From contig JAGTQE010000002.1 in NCBI GenBank assembly GCA_018396635.1, positions 9,615-73,614 of the forward strand: a stretch of 64,000 nt of DNA, read 5' to 3'. Source of the stretch: Candidatus Bathyarchaeota archaeon. GTDB lineage: Archaea > Thermoproteota > Bathyarchaeia > Bathyarchaeales > DTEX01. Each line of letters opens with the position of its first letter. The stretch's first letter is position 1. The position numbers and the translations under genes are program-made. A model generated the notes under the pieces. The model was given only the letters and a program-made list of their open reading frames with translations, had not been told where the DNA came from and ran no database searches. This document shows, one piece after another, positions 1 through 8,736 of this stretch.

Positions 1-911
1 AATATTTCTCCTTTAAAGATGTTTCTTGCGCTTGTTGCTACCTTTTCGGCTAGGATCGCTATGCTCTCAGGCGGTATGTGGATCCGTATCGGCCCGAACC
101 TGGTGAAAGCAGCCTCAATCTTCAATCCTCCATCCACCTCTATAATTGATGTGCCATGCTCAGTCGGCCTAGCGAAGCCCTGGAAAATATTTTCTAGCCT
201 AGTATATTCCTGAAGATCATCTTTTAAGCTGGCTAGTATCTCATCCGTCTGCCCCACCCTAACTATTTTGCCACATCTCATAATTGCTGTATGCTTTGCT
301 AAACCCCTTACCTCTTGGAGGTTATGGGAAGCCATTATAATAGTTGTTTTTCCACGCCTGTTAATATCCATAAGAATACTTTCTATTATCGACGCGCTTC
401 TGGGGTCTAAGTTAGATGTTGGTTCGTCTAAGAGCAGTAGGCGGGGTTCGCTCACTAGAGCCTGTGCTAGTGAGACCCTCTGCATCTCTCCGCCTGAAAG
501 CCTGAGCGCATTCTTCCCCTCAAAGCCCTCCAGCTGAACAAGCTCAAGGATTCTCTTAACCTTCATCCTAACCTCGCTGTCCTTTAAGCCCCTAATCTTT
601 AGGCCATAGGCGACGTTATCAAATACGCTAGCGTTAAAAAGTATGGGTTTTTGCGGGACAAAGCCTATATCCCTGCGAATTAAGTGTAGATCCCGCCTAG
701 AATAGTCGATTTTTACGCAGTCCAGCCATACTTCACCGCTGCTCGGCTCCTCTAGCAAATCAATTATCCTTAAGAGCGTTGTCTTACCAGCCCCATTTGG
801 GCCTACTAGGGCGACGAAGTCGCCATAATGGACGCTAAGATTAACTCCCTCCAAGGCTACTTTACCATGGAACTCCTTCGAAACATTACGTAGATCAACG
901 TGAACGTTCAT
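1..911 (-). CDS. tupC: ABC transporter ATP-binding subunit, tungstate/molybdate type (TupC-like); C-terminus cut by window edge
   Basis: Not in the ORF track. Manual minus-strand translation from ATG at 909-911 gives MNVHVDLRNVSKEFHGKVALEG... It has Walker A GPNGAGKTT (about 780-805), ABC signature LSGGEMQRV, Walker B LLLLDEPT and a TOBE-like tail (..TSARNIFKGEI). The frame stays open to position 1. It starts 12 nt after the TupA/B fusion gene. Confidence 0.8.
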   Translation of the reverse strand, partial: MNVHVDLRNVSKEFHGKVALEGVNLSVHYGDFVALVGPNGAGKTTLLRIIDLLEEPSSGEVWLDCVKIDYSRRDLHLIRRDIGFVPQKPILFNASVFDNVAYGLKIRGLKDSEVRMKVKRILELVQLEGFEGKNALRLSGGEMQRVSLAQALVSEPRLLLLDEPTSNLDPRSASIIESILMDINRRGKTTIIMASHNLQEVRGLAKHTAIMRCGKIVRVGQTDEILASLKDDLQEYTRLENIFQGFARPTEHGTSIIEVDGGLKIEAAFTRFGPIRIHIPPESIAILAEKVATSARNIFKGEI

Positions 912-923
912 CTTGAACCCTGT

Positions 924-2576
924 CTAGACAGGTCTTCTAATCTTAATCTGCATTAGTGTTAACGCCAGATTTATTGTGAACGCTATGCCTAAAAGTATTA
1001 TTCCAAGCGTTAGGGCCATATCAAAGTTTCCAAGCTCAACCTCAGTTATTATCGCTGTAGTTAGCGTTCTCGTATGCCATCTTATGTTGCCGCCTGCAAT
1101 CATTATTCCGCCAACCTCAGATATAGCTGCTCCGAAGGCGACTATTATAGCCATTATGATCCCGCCCCTAGCCTCCTTCACAACAATCCAGGCTGCCTGT
1201 CTCTCAGTCGCCCCTAGAGATAGGGCTCTCTCCCTAACGGCTTCCTCAATTTCAGTTACAGCCGACATGGTGACTCCAATAATTATTGGTGTGACGAGTA
1301 TCAACTGGGTTATTATCATGGCCGTAGGCGTATATAGTAGACCTAGAAAGCCTAATGGACCGGACCTATTAAACATTAGGAAGACTATTAGCCCTGCAAC
1401 TACAGGCGGTAAGCCCATAAGCGTATTTATGGAAGTTTTCATGGCGGCTTCGATAAGCCTTGAGATAGCCCTCTTCTTACCGAAGCGCTTAAGGCCGAGT
1501 AGGGCGCCCAGAGGCACGCCTATAGCCGAGCCTATGGCAACCGATGTCAGCGAGACCTGTAGAGAGAGGGCGGTTATGCCTAGAACCTCCCAAACAAACA
1601 CTCCACGTGGAAGTATATCCCCACCATTCCCATGATAGGTCTCTATTTCCTGGCTTAGGTACCAGGCGAGCTCCTCCTCCTGCTTTGGGTAGCCCATCTC
1701 CTTAGCCAGCCCAATATCAAAGGCTAGGGGCTTAAAGATCACCTCCCCATCCCTCCTGAAACCTCCAATAATCTCCTGTCCCTCCTTTGAAACCAGAAAT
1801 CTCGCCAACATTAGAGCTAACCTATAATTTACATGCGGATTAATCTCAGGGTTAACCAGTATTAGACTGTAGGGATTGTAGAATGGAGGGTCACATATAA
1901 CTAGAGCCGCCAACCTAGTCAGATGTCTCCTATACGATAGCCATGTAGCCCTATCAACGATCGTGTAGGCGCCAACATCATCAGCCATCCTGAGTAGCGA
2001 ACCCATCCCCCGACCAGCCTCAACATACCATGAGTCAATCCTTGGGTCGGGCATTAACCCAACGCTTCGCCACACGCTAAGCTCCGCCATATAGGTTCCG
2101 GAAAAGTCCGCCCTCGAAATAAACATTGATTTACTCTCAGCTATCCTCCGAAAGGCCTCCTCAGCGCTCCTTAAACCAGATATGCCGGCCGGGTCCTCTC
2201 TAGGCCCAACAATAATGAAATCGTTGTACATTAGACCTATCCTATGGACGACGAATCCACTCTCTACAAAGGCGATCTCCTGGCTCCTCAAGTGCGTGAT
2301 GACGGCATCTACCTCCCCTCTTCTAGCTAGATTTAGAGCCTGCCCGGAACCCACAGGTATAACCATCACCCTAACGCCATATCTCTCCTCAAATAATGGA
2401 ATGATAGCGTCCAGCAGCCCGGAATCATATACGCTGGTTGTCACCGCCAACCTCACGGTAGGCATTTGTGTTGAAATTAGCCAGATATGGGCTAATATGA
2501 CTAGTAAAGATACCGTCACAATAGCTATGAAGATTTTCAGTAACCTAAACATAGACATCACCACGAGAGATTGCAT
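924..2576 (-). CDS. Fused tungstate-binding protein (TupA-like) and ABC permease (TupB-like) with an N-terminal membrane anchor
   Basis: A single 550-aa ORF. The N-terminus is a hydrophobic anchor (FRLLKIFIAIVTVSLLVILAHIWLI). VTTSVYDSGLLDAIIPLFE matches the TupA TTTSxxDSGL anion-binding signature. The C-terminal ~230 aa is a polytopic permease (MGLPPVVAGLIVFLMF, ALSLGATERQAAW EAA-like loop). An ABC ATPase lies immediately downstream. The true start may be the internal MSMFRLL. Confidence 0.8.
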   Translation of the reverse strand: MQSLVVMSMFRLLKIFIAIVTVSLLVILAHIWLISTQMPTVRLAVTTSVYDSGLLDAIIPLFEERYGVRVMVIPVGSGQALNLARRGEVDAVITHLRSQEIAFVESGFVVHRIGLMYNDFIIVGPREDPAGISGLRSAEEAFRRIAESKSMFISRADFSGTYMAELSVWRSVGLMPDPRIDSWYVEAGRGMGSLLRMADDVGAYTIVDRATWLSYRRHLTRLAALVICDPPFYNPYSLILVNPEINPHVNYRLALMLARFLVSKEGQEIIGGFRRDGEVIFKPLAFDIGLAKEMGYPKQEEELAWYLSQEIETYHGNGGDILPRGVFVWEVLGITALSLQVSLTSVAIGSAIGVPLGALLGLKRFGKKRAISRLIEAAMKTSINTLMGLPPVVAGLIVFLMFNRSGPLGFLGLLYTPTAMIITQLILVTPIIIGVTMSAVTEIEEAVRERALSLGATERQAAWIVVKEARGGIIMAIIVAFGAAISEVGGIMIAGGNIRWHTRTLTTAIITEVELGNFDMALTLGIILLGIAFTINLALTLMQIKIRRPV

Positions 2577-2920
2577 GTGAGCGAGAGTTCACCCAATCCT
2601 CTTTGAACCATATTATTTTCATGTATCCTGGAGGTATATGAGTTCTCCACAACTTCTAATCAAAGCGAATGAGATATCGATCAGATGTGGAGACGCTCAT
2701 CATGAAGTTCAGGTGAGGTGGGACTAATCATCATCCAAAACAATATAATATTCTTAGCGATTTAAACCCTACCAAAAATCTAAAGGTCAGATCAGCTAAT
2801 TCTTAAACCAACCCGCCAATAACAGTTTCTAGCTAAAACCAACCCAACAGCATTAAGTACATGAGAACACTGCCAAAAAAGAAGGGAAAATCGCAGAAAA
2901 CAAAGCTTTCGGAGACCTCC

Positions 2921-3010
2921 TCATCGTGCGGCCTCAGGCTTACCCTCCTTAGGCCTCCTACTAAATACACTCCTCAACTTCGCAAAGAAAGCTGTTATCT
3001 TCTTAGACAT
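2921..3010 (-). CDS. Candidate 29-aa micro-protein (MSKKITAFFAKLRSVFSRRPKEGKPEAAR)
   Basis: Found by manual translation; it is below the ORF-track size cutoff. GGTGGGGGG sits directly upstream of the ATG. A TTTTATA box at 3047-3053 (minus strand) lies about 36 nt upstream. A T6 tract at 2875-2880 (minus strand) lies about 40 nt after the stop. No homology is recognisable. Confidence 0.25.
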   Translation of the reverse strand: MSKKITAFFAKLRSVFSRRPKEGKPEAAR

Positions 3011-3219
3011 CCCCCCACCCCAACAATATTTTTCTAGAAAGGTTGGTATAAAATGTTTCTTCAGTAGTCCTTATGGGACCTAGAGGAGAGGGTATGTTTA
3101 GAATTTAGGCCGGAATATATTTTCACTAAGAGTTAAAATGCCAAAAAATATGGCATTTTTAAAGTAGTTAAGTCGTTGTAATGCTAAAAGATTTAAGGGG
3201 AATGTGAAGAGGATAAAAC

Positions 3220-4449
3220 ATGAAACTCTCATTTGAAAAGATTTTAGAGAAAGTATTAGACATGCATGTTATAGATACTCACGAGCATACATATCCATGG
3301 GAGGTTGTCTCAAGCAGAAACCCATCAATATATGATATTTTTGAGGGAGGATACGTCTTTTGGATCGCTAAACCGCCGAAAAATAGGGGAGATTATAAAG
3401 GGCTTGTTGAGAGCGTCAAGGAAATACTGGGTAGCACCTTTTACAGGACATGTGCAATTGCGGTAAAAGACATTTATGGAGTTAATATAGATTATCCAAC
3501 TGAGGAAGCCTTTATCGAAGCCTCTAGGGCGATCAGCGAAGCCTATAGGGACAGATATTGGATTAGAAGACTATTTAAAGAAAAGTCTTTGATAGATAAA
3601 GCGCTTTGGGATCCATATTGGAATATTTGGGGAGAACCTTTTGACCCAGAAATATTTAAGCCAGTCTTAAGGATAAATACTCTGCTATTCGGATATAGTA
3701 GGGATGCTAGGGATCATAATGGAAATAGCCCATACATTTTCGAGAAATATTTTGGTCTTGAAGTCAGCACATTTGAGGATTACATGAACCTCATTGATAC
3801 AGTTCTGGAAGAGGCGAAGAGGAGAGGCTATGTGGCGCTAAAATCCGCTCTCGCATACGATAGGCCACTACTGTTTGAAAATGTTGGAGAGAAAGACGCT
3901 AAGGAGGTTTTCAATAAGCGCGGGAAAGATTTAACCCCAAGAGACATTAAAGTCTTTCAGGACTTCATATTACGCTACATCTTGAGTAGGGCGGCGAAAC
4001 TAGATCTTCCAGTACAGTTCCATACAGGCTTAGCTATCATAGAGGGGTCTAATCCAATAAATCTGGCAAACATTATACGCGAGTATAGCAACATTAACTT
4101 TATATTATTTCATGGCGGCTACCCTTGGATTAGAGAGACAGCTGCAATGGCTATGAGCTTCAAGAACGCCTATATAGACTTTTGCTGGCTGCCAATGATA
4201 TCCCCTTCAGCATGTAGGCTCCTATTACGTGAGACGATTGAGCTCGGCCTTTCAGGTAAAGCTATGTGGGGAGGGGACTGCTGGGCAGCTGAAGCAACGT
4301 ATGGCGCACTAAAAATATTCAAAGGTATTCTTTCCGAAACCCTTTGGGAGATGATTGATAAGGGTCATCTTAGGTCGGATGACGCCATCGAAATCGCTTC
4401 AAAAATTCTATACGAGAATGCCGCCAAATTATTCGGCCTCAGCCGCTGA
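3220..4449 (+). CDS. Amidohydrolase-superfamily metal-dependent hydrolase (TIM barrel), substrate unknown
   Basis: 409 aa. N-terminal HxH metal motif (MHVIDTHEHTY), then QFHTG and LFHGGYPW motifs typical of amidohydrolase-2-like barrels. Confidence 0.6.
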   Translation: MKLSFEKILEKVLDMHVIDTHEHTYPWEVVSSRNPSIYDIFEGGYVFWIAKPPKNRGDYKGLVESVKEILGSTFYRTCAIAVKDIYGVNIDYPTEEAFIEASRAISEAYRDRYWIRRLFKEKSLIDKALWDPYWNIWGEPFDPEIFKPVLRINTLLFGYSRDARDHNGNSPYIFEKYFGLEVSTFEDYMNLIDTVLEEAKRRGYVALKSALAYDRPLLFENVGEKDAKEVFNKRGKDLTPRDIKVFQDFILRYILSRAAKLDLPVQFHTGLAIIEGSNPINLANIIREYSNINFILFHGGYPWIRETAAMAMSFKNAYIDFCWLPMISPSACRLLLRETIELGLSGKAMWGGDCWAAEATYGALKIFKGILSETLWEMIDKGHLRSDDAIEIASKILYENAAKLFGLSR

Positions 4450-4480
4450 GAATCGCAGTTTTCTTAAATTTTTCACCAAA

Positions 4481-5476
4481 CTATTTTTCCCTAATCTCTT
4501 TAACGGCTTTAATCATTGTTTTCCAAGCTTCATCTGGGTTTTCGCACGAGAGCTCCGACCCCTCCTCAGCCCTAAAACTCCATGTCGCTATTGCGTCCGC
4601 CCCAAGCTCAACGGCTTTAATCACGCTTTTATATATATCTGGCTCACGCCCGCTTGGAACCTTTATGAGCTCAACCCATATCTGAGCTTTCACGCTAGCC
4701 CTCCTAGAGACATTCACGGCCCTAGTAACCCACTCTAAGAACCAATCAAAGGGTCTATTGAACCATATCCAATACGGATCTGTTGAGAACACATTTAGGC
4801 TCTTCAGGCCTAGGACCGGCTCCCAAGAATATATTCCATACCTTCCAGTATGCTCCGGCATGAGGCATAATATATTTACGATTCCACCATCAATTCTTTG
4901 CGCCTCGCCCATAATGTCTTCTAGAAAATTAAACATGGACTTCTGCCTAAACTCCTTCACCTCCTCAGTCAAGTCTTCTGGCATATCGTGTCCATGCTCC
5001 CTGCGAAAGTTCTCCCTACAAACCTGGCATCTACACGTCCATGAGTTTGGCCAGTCCCTCGGAACTATTAATGATGGCTCATCCCAGAACATACCATCTG
5101 GCCTAAGATTGGTGATAATCTCATAGACTTTCTTCTTTAACCATGTTCTATAATCTGGGTTATTTGGGCAGCCCCTAAGCGGATAAATCCTTCCCCTATT
5201 ATCCACTTCGCACCACTCTAGATTGCTCGGCACAGATATGCTAAAGTGGCTCGGCACAAAGAATCCGAAGCCATGCACGTCAATGAAGGTTCTTAAGCCG
5301 ATCTTACGGGCTTTCTCCACTACAATCTTCTTGGTTTTCATCAGGCTTGGCCATTCATATTCATTTATGCAGAGCGTTATGGAGGTGAAGCCAGACTCAT
5401 AAATCTCATTTAAATCGGCTTCCACATGTTTTGGATATGGGCATCCATAATAGGCTACACTTACATCCCAGACCAC
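4481..5476 (-). CDS. TIM-barrel glycoside-hydrolase-like protein with a GH42-like Cys cluster, catalytic domain only
   Basis: 331 aa. GCPNNPDYR ... CRCQVCRENFRREHG resembles the CxNSPxYR ... CxCxxCxxxF zinc-Cys motif of GH42 beta-galactosidase barrels. FWDEPS is a candidate acid/base segment. It is about half the length of a canonical GH42 enzyme. Confidence 0.4.
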   Translation of the reverse strand: MVWDVSVAYYGCPYPKHVEADLNEIYESGFTSITLCINEYEWPSLMKTKKIVVEKARKIGLRTFIDVHGFGFFVPSHFSISVPSNLEWCEVDNRGRIYPLRGCPNNPDYRTWLKKKVYEIITNLRPDGMFWDEPSLIVPRDWPNSWTCRCQVCRENFRREHGHDMPEDLTEEVKEFRQKSMFNFLEDIMGEAQRIDGGIVNILCLMPEHTGRYGIYSWEPVLGLKSLNVFSTDPYWIWFNRPFDWFLEWVTRAVNVSRRASVKAQIWVELIKVPSGREPDIYKSVIKAVELGADAIATWSFRAEEGSELSCENPDEAWKTMIKAVKEIREK

Positions 5477-5599
5477 AATAATCCCTCCATAAAAGGCTCT
5501 TCACACCCGCAGATCTAAATCATCTGAGGATGCAATATTAAAAGGTTGCCGTTTATTAATTTACAGAAAGATTTTATTTTGCGCCAACCATAAGTAAAT

Positions 5600-6094
5600 G
5601 TGAGTCCTATGGGTGAACCCTATTTCATCAATAGCATTAAGGAATGTAAAAGCTATGCGGATATATTTGACTTAGTTAAGAAGGCGGTAAAAAGGACGAT
5701 AGGTCTACATAGGGTTGGACTCATACTATACCTTAAAGATCTCCCTCCTCACATTGGAGCCTATTATCAGGTTGGCTCAAATGGAATAGTTTTAAACAAG
5801 TTGCTCATAAATCTCGCAGGTAGATCACTTATGTCTAGAGTGGAGTTCAACTCGCTAATATTTTCGCTTCTTCTACATGAGTATCTGCACTCACTCGGTT
5901 TTTTGGATGAGAGAAAAGTTAGAAGACTTGTCTACGAAATATGCTTAAAGACTTTTGGCGAAGACCACCCGGTAGTTAAGATGGCGCTGGATCCACCTAA
6001 AATAGCTGTCCCATTAAATATTAGAGAGCTTTCAGGTGGAGGCTTTGAAATAGTGAAAGATTTTGAGAGGATAGAGCACCAGTATATAGCATAG
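5600..6094 (+). CDS. Small putative zinc metallopeptidase with a metzincin-type motif HEYLHSLGFLD
   Basis: 164 aa. HExxHxxGxxD sits at residues 93-103 (nt 5876-5908). A Met in VVKMALDPP downstream is a possible Met-turn. No other recognisable domain. Confidence 0.4.
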   Translation: MSPMGEPYFINSIKECKSYADIFDLVKKAVKRTIGLHRVGLILYLKDLPPHIGAYYQVGSNGIVLNKLLINLAGRSLMSRVEFNSLIFSLLLHEYLHSLGFLDERKVRRLVYEICLKTFGEDHPVVKMALDPPKIAVPLNIRELSGGGFEIVKDFERIEHQYIA

Positions 6095-6111
6095 CGATAA
6101 ATTTAAGTTTA

Positions 6112-6438
6112 ATGGGCGATAAAAATCATCCTAAATTGCTCATAGGAAGCGTGATGGGGATGAGGATATTTGGCAGGAAGAAGGAGAAGGAGCCAAAGGT
6201 TGAAGAGGCCATATATGAGATTTTCGGAGGCTTCACAATAAAAAAGGATCCCGGAGGATACGAAATAACTTGGAGGAGCCCAAACGTAACCACAATTAAA
6301 GTTAACTCGATGCCAATCATCTCACAAGATGTTCAATTTAGGCAGGAAGGCGACATAATCCATGTTCTGACAACTGAGTGTAAGCTGAAGCTCATATCAA
6401 GGGAAGGGAAGATAGAGGCACATATTTCGAAGCTCTAA
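6112..6438 (+). CDS. Hypothetical small protein
   Basis: 108-aa ORF starting 17 nt after the HExxH gene on the same strand. A likely internal start is MGMRIFGRKKEKE. No recognisable motif. Confidence 0.35.
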   Translation: MGDKNHPKLLIGSVMGMRIFGRKKEKEPKVEEAIYEIFGGFTIKKDPGGYEITWRSPNVTTIKVNSMPIISQDVQFRQEGDIIHVLTTECKLKLISREGKIEAHISKL

Positions 6439-6448
6439 AAAGACAATC

Positions 6449-7177
6449 TCATCTTCTAACAATCACAGCTCTTCCATCATAGAAGGGCGCTATCGGAAAT
6501 AGATTTACTTGACATGAGAACTTTATATCCTCAACGAAACCTAATTCTATCAGCCGCTTCGAATGTTCACTCTTCATAATATTGGCGCATAGATTTTTTT
6601 CTATGCTCTTAAACCCTAAATATGCTGCTTGGGCTGCATCGGATAATTTGATGTCTGCATCGGTTAGATTACTGATTATTGCGCCAGCGCAAATAAAGTC
6701 CTCTAGAGAGAACGCTCCATTGGTGCCGGACTGCACAATGCATATGTCTCTCCCATCATTGAGAGCTGTCGATAGGGCTTCCCTCGCAACCGCACCAGCA
6801 TTTAAGAATGAGCCGATAAATACGCGTTGAGCACCTTTAGAGTTCTCCAAAGCCTTTGTACCGCTGGTTGTTGTCAATATTATCGTCTTTCCAGAAACCC
6901 TCTCGGGAGTATACTCTAAAGGCGAGTTGCCTAAGTCGAATCCAGAAGGTTTTAGCCCACCCCTCTCGCCAGCCAGAAGGTAGTCCGGGTTTTCAGAGCG
7001 CATTTTTCTAGCCTTCCCTAAACTCTTTACTGGTATAACCTCCCTAGCACCGTTAGCTAGAGCCGTAACAATCGTTGAGGTACAACGTAAAGCATCAACA
7101 ACTATTATTAAGTCGCCCCTCCTAACCGCTCTGACAGCATCCCTGGCGAGAAACTCGGTGGTTACGTTAATGCTCAT
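6449..7177 (-). CDS. comB: 2-phosphosulfolactate phosphatase family protein (ComB)
   Basis: 242 aa. IIVVDALRCTSTIVTALANGAREVIPV, LLAGERGGLKPSGFDLGNSPLEY, ILTTTSGT and FSLEDFICAGAI match ComB family hallmarks. Confidence 0.8.
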   Translation of the reverse strand: MSINVTTEFLARDAVRAVRRGDLIIVVDALRCTSTIVTALANGAREVIPVKSLGKARKMRSENPDYLLAGERGGLKPSGFDLGNSPLEYTPERVSGKTIILTTTSGTKALENSKGAQRVFIGSFLNAGAVAREALSTALNDGRDICIVQSGTNGAFSLEDFICAGAIISNLTDADIKLSDAAQAAYLGFKSIEKNLCANIMKSEHSKRLIELGFVEDIKFSCQVNLFPIAPFYDGRAVIVRR

Positions 7178-7224
7178 GGCTCGGTCACCCCAACCACAAA
7201 ATAATTTATTTAAAGCTCTTACCC

Positions 7225-8736
7225 ATGATATTTCCTATTGTTAGAATTAGTCGGATGAACATTATGAGCGTTGGCAATGGTGTCAAGATAGGGCTTGAGG
7301 TTCACGTCCAGCTAACTAGCCTGAAAAGTAAGCTGTTCTGTAGCTGTCCATCGGATTATAGGGGCAGAGAACCTAATACCCTAGTCTGCCCCGTATGCCT
7401 CGGCCTTCCAGGAGCGCTTCCAGTGCTGAATGAGAAGGCTGTGAGATATGCTATAATGGCTGCGCTTGCGTTAAACTGTAAGATCTCGGAGAGAATGATA
7501 TTTTTCCGGAAGAACTATTATTACCCTGACCTTCCAAAAAACTTCCAGATAACCCAGTATGATAGGGCTGGCGGCGTCCCGCTGGCTGTTGACGGCTACC
7601 TTTATATTGAGAGCCAGGGGCAGAGCAAAAAGATACGCATAAGTAGAGTCCACTTAGAAGAGGATCCTGGGCGGCTTGTACATATTGGGCCGATCGACCA
7701 ATCGCCTTACACGCTTATAGATTATAATCGCTCCGGCATAGCCCTCCTTGAGATAGTTACAGACCCCGACATTAATTCTCCCAGGGAGGCTAGACTCTTC
7801 CTTCAGAAGCTTAGGAACATCCTTGAGCATCTTGGAATCTTCGATGGAAGCCTTGAGGGCTCAATGCGGTGCGACGCAAATATCTCGTTGGCTGGCGGAA
7901 CCAGAGTTGAAATTAAGAATATAACTTCGTTTAAGGAGGTTGAAAGGGCACTAAACTTTGAGATAATTAGGCAAAAGGGGCTGTTGGAGAAGGGTATAGC
8001 GGTTAAGCGCGAGACTAGGCATTGGGATGAAGTTCGAAGGATAACTATATCGCTTAGAAGTAAGGAGGAGGAACAGGACTACAGATATTTCCCAGAGCCG
8101 GATCTTGTGCCGGTCGTCATAAGTAGAGAAATGATTGAGGAGATAAGGGCTGAGATGCCCGAGCTGCCGGATGAAAGGGTGAAACGCTTTATGAGCATGT
8201 ATGGTCTACCAAAATATGATGCTGAGGTTCTGGTTAGCTCGAAGCAACTGGCAGACTTCTTTGAGGAGTGCGTTAAGCTGTATGGTAAACCGAAGGAGAT
8301 AAGCAACTGGATGATGAGCGACCTACTAAGATACCTATATGAAAACAACCTTGAACTCTACGAGTCCAAGATAACGCCCCAGACCTTTGTGAAGATGCTG
8401 CGCTTAATCGATGATGGCATTATAAGTGGAAAAATAGCGAAGAAAATTCTTCCAACAATAATAGTATCAGGTAAGGATCCGGAGAAGATAGTTGAGGAAG
8501 AAGGCTTAGTAAAAATATCTGATGAGATCCTCCTAAATAGCTTAGTTGAGAAAATTTTCGCAGAGAATCCAAAGGCCGTCAATGACGCGCTGAAGGATGA
8601 GAAGGCCGTGCACTATCTTATAGGCCAACTTATGAGGGCGACTAAAGGTAAAGCCGACCCTGAGATTGCGAATAGAATTGTGCGGGGGAAGCTAGAGGAA
8701 ATTAGAGGGGCAACTCAAGGGGCCGGTCGAATCTAA
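7225..8736 (+). CDS. gatB: Asp/Glu-tRNA amidotransferase subunit B
   Basis: KIGLEVHVQLTSLKSKLFCSC, LPGALPVLN and VHLEEDPGRL are present, with a C-terminal YqeY-like helical tail. The size fits GatB, not GatE. The probable true start is MNIMSVGNG at 7255. Confidence 0.85.
   Translation: MIFPIVRISRMNIMSVGNGVKIGLEVHVQLTSLKSKLFCSCPSDYRGREPNTLVCPVCLGLPGALPVLNEKAVRYAIMAALALNCKISERMIFFRKNYYYPDLPKNFQITQYDRAGGVPLAVDGYLYIESQGQSKKIRISRVHLEEDPGRLVHIGPIDQSPYTLIDYNRSGIALLEIVTDPDINSPREARLFLQKLRNILEHLGIFDGSLEGSMRCDANISLAGGTRVEIKNITSFKEVERALNFEIIRQKGLLEKGIAVKRETRHWDEVRRITISLRSKEEEQDYRYFPEPDLVPVVISREMIEEIRAEMPELPDERVKRFMSMYGLPKYDAEVLVSSKQLADFFEECVKLYGKPKEISNWMMSDLLRYLYENNLELYESKITPQTFVKMLRLIDDGIISGKIAKKILPTIIVSGKDPEKIVEEEGLVKISDEILLNSLVEKIFAENPKAVNDALKDEKAVHYLIGQLMRATKGKADPEIANRIVRGKLEEIRGATQGAGRI

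Noticed and set aside
976-1635. 219-aa plus-strand ORF inside the tup permease region
   Set aside because: It lies entirely antisense to a well-supported permease domain. Its composition is low-complexity (Ala/Ile/Pro/Ser-rich), typical of shadow frames, and it has no motif.
2668-2713. Two motifs shared between this spacer and the rps19/argS spacer: AATGAGAT (also at 25882-25889) and ATGAAGTT-AGG (2702-2713 versus 25823-25835)
   Set aside because: For regions of about 640 and 517 nt, roughly 5 shared 8-mers are expected by chance (640 x 517 / 4^8). Two shared 8-mers are therefore not evidence of a common element.
2577-2760. Molybdenum/tungsten-cofactor riboswitch upstream of the tup operon
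   Set aside because: I could see no recognisable conserved Moco-motif stems. Such riboswitches are essentially bacterial. It cannot be supported without a covariance-model scan.
4355-4738. 127-aa plus-strand ORF bridging the amidohydrolase 3' end and the GH42-like gene
   Set aside because: It overlaps two better-supported genes, out of frame with one and antisense to the other. It has no motif.
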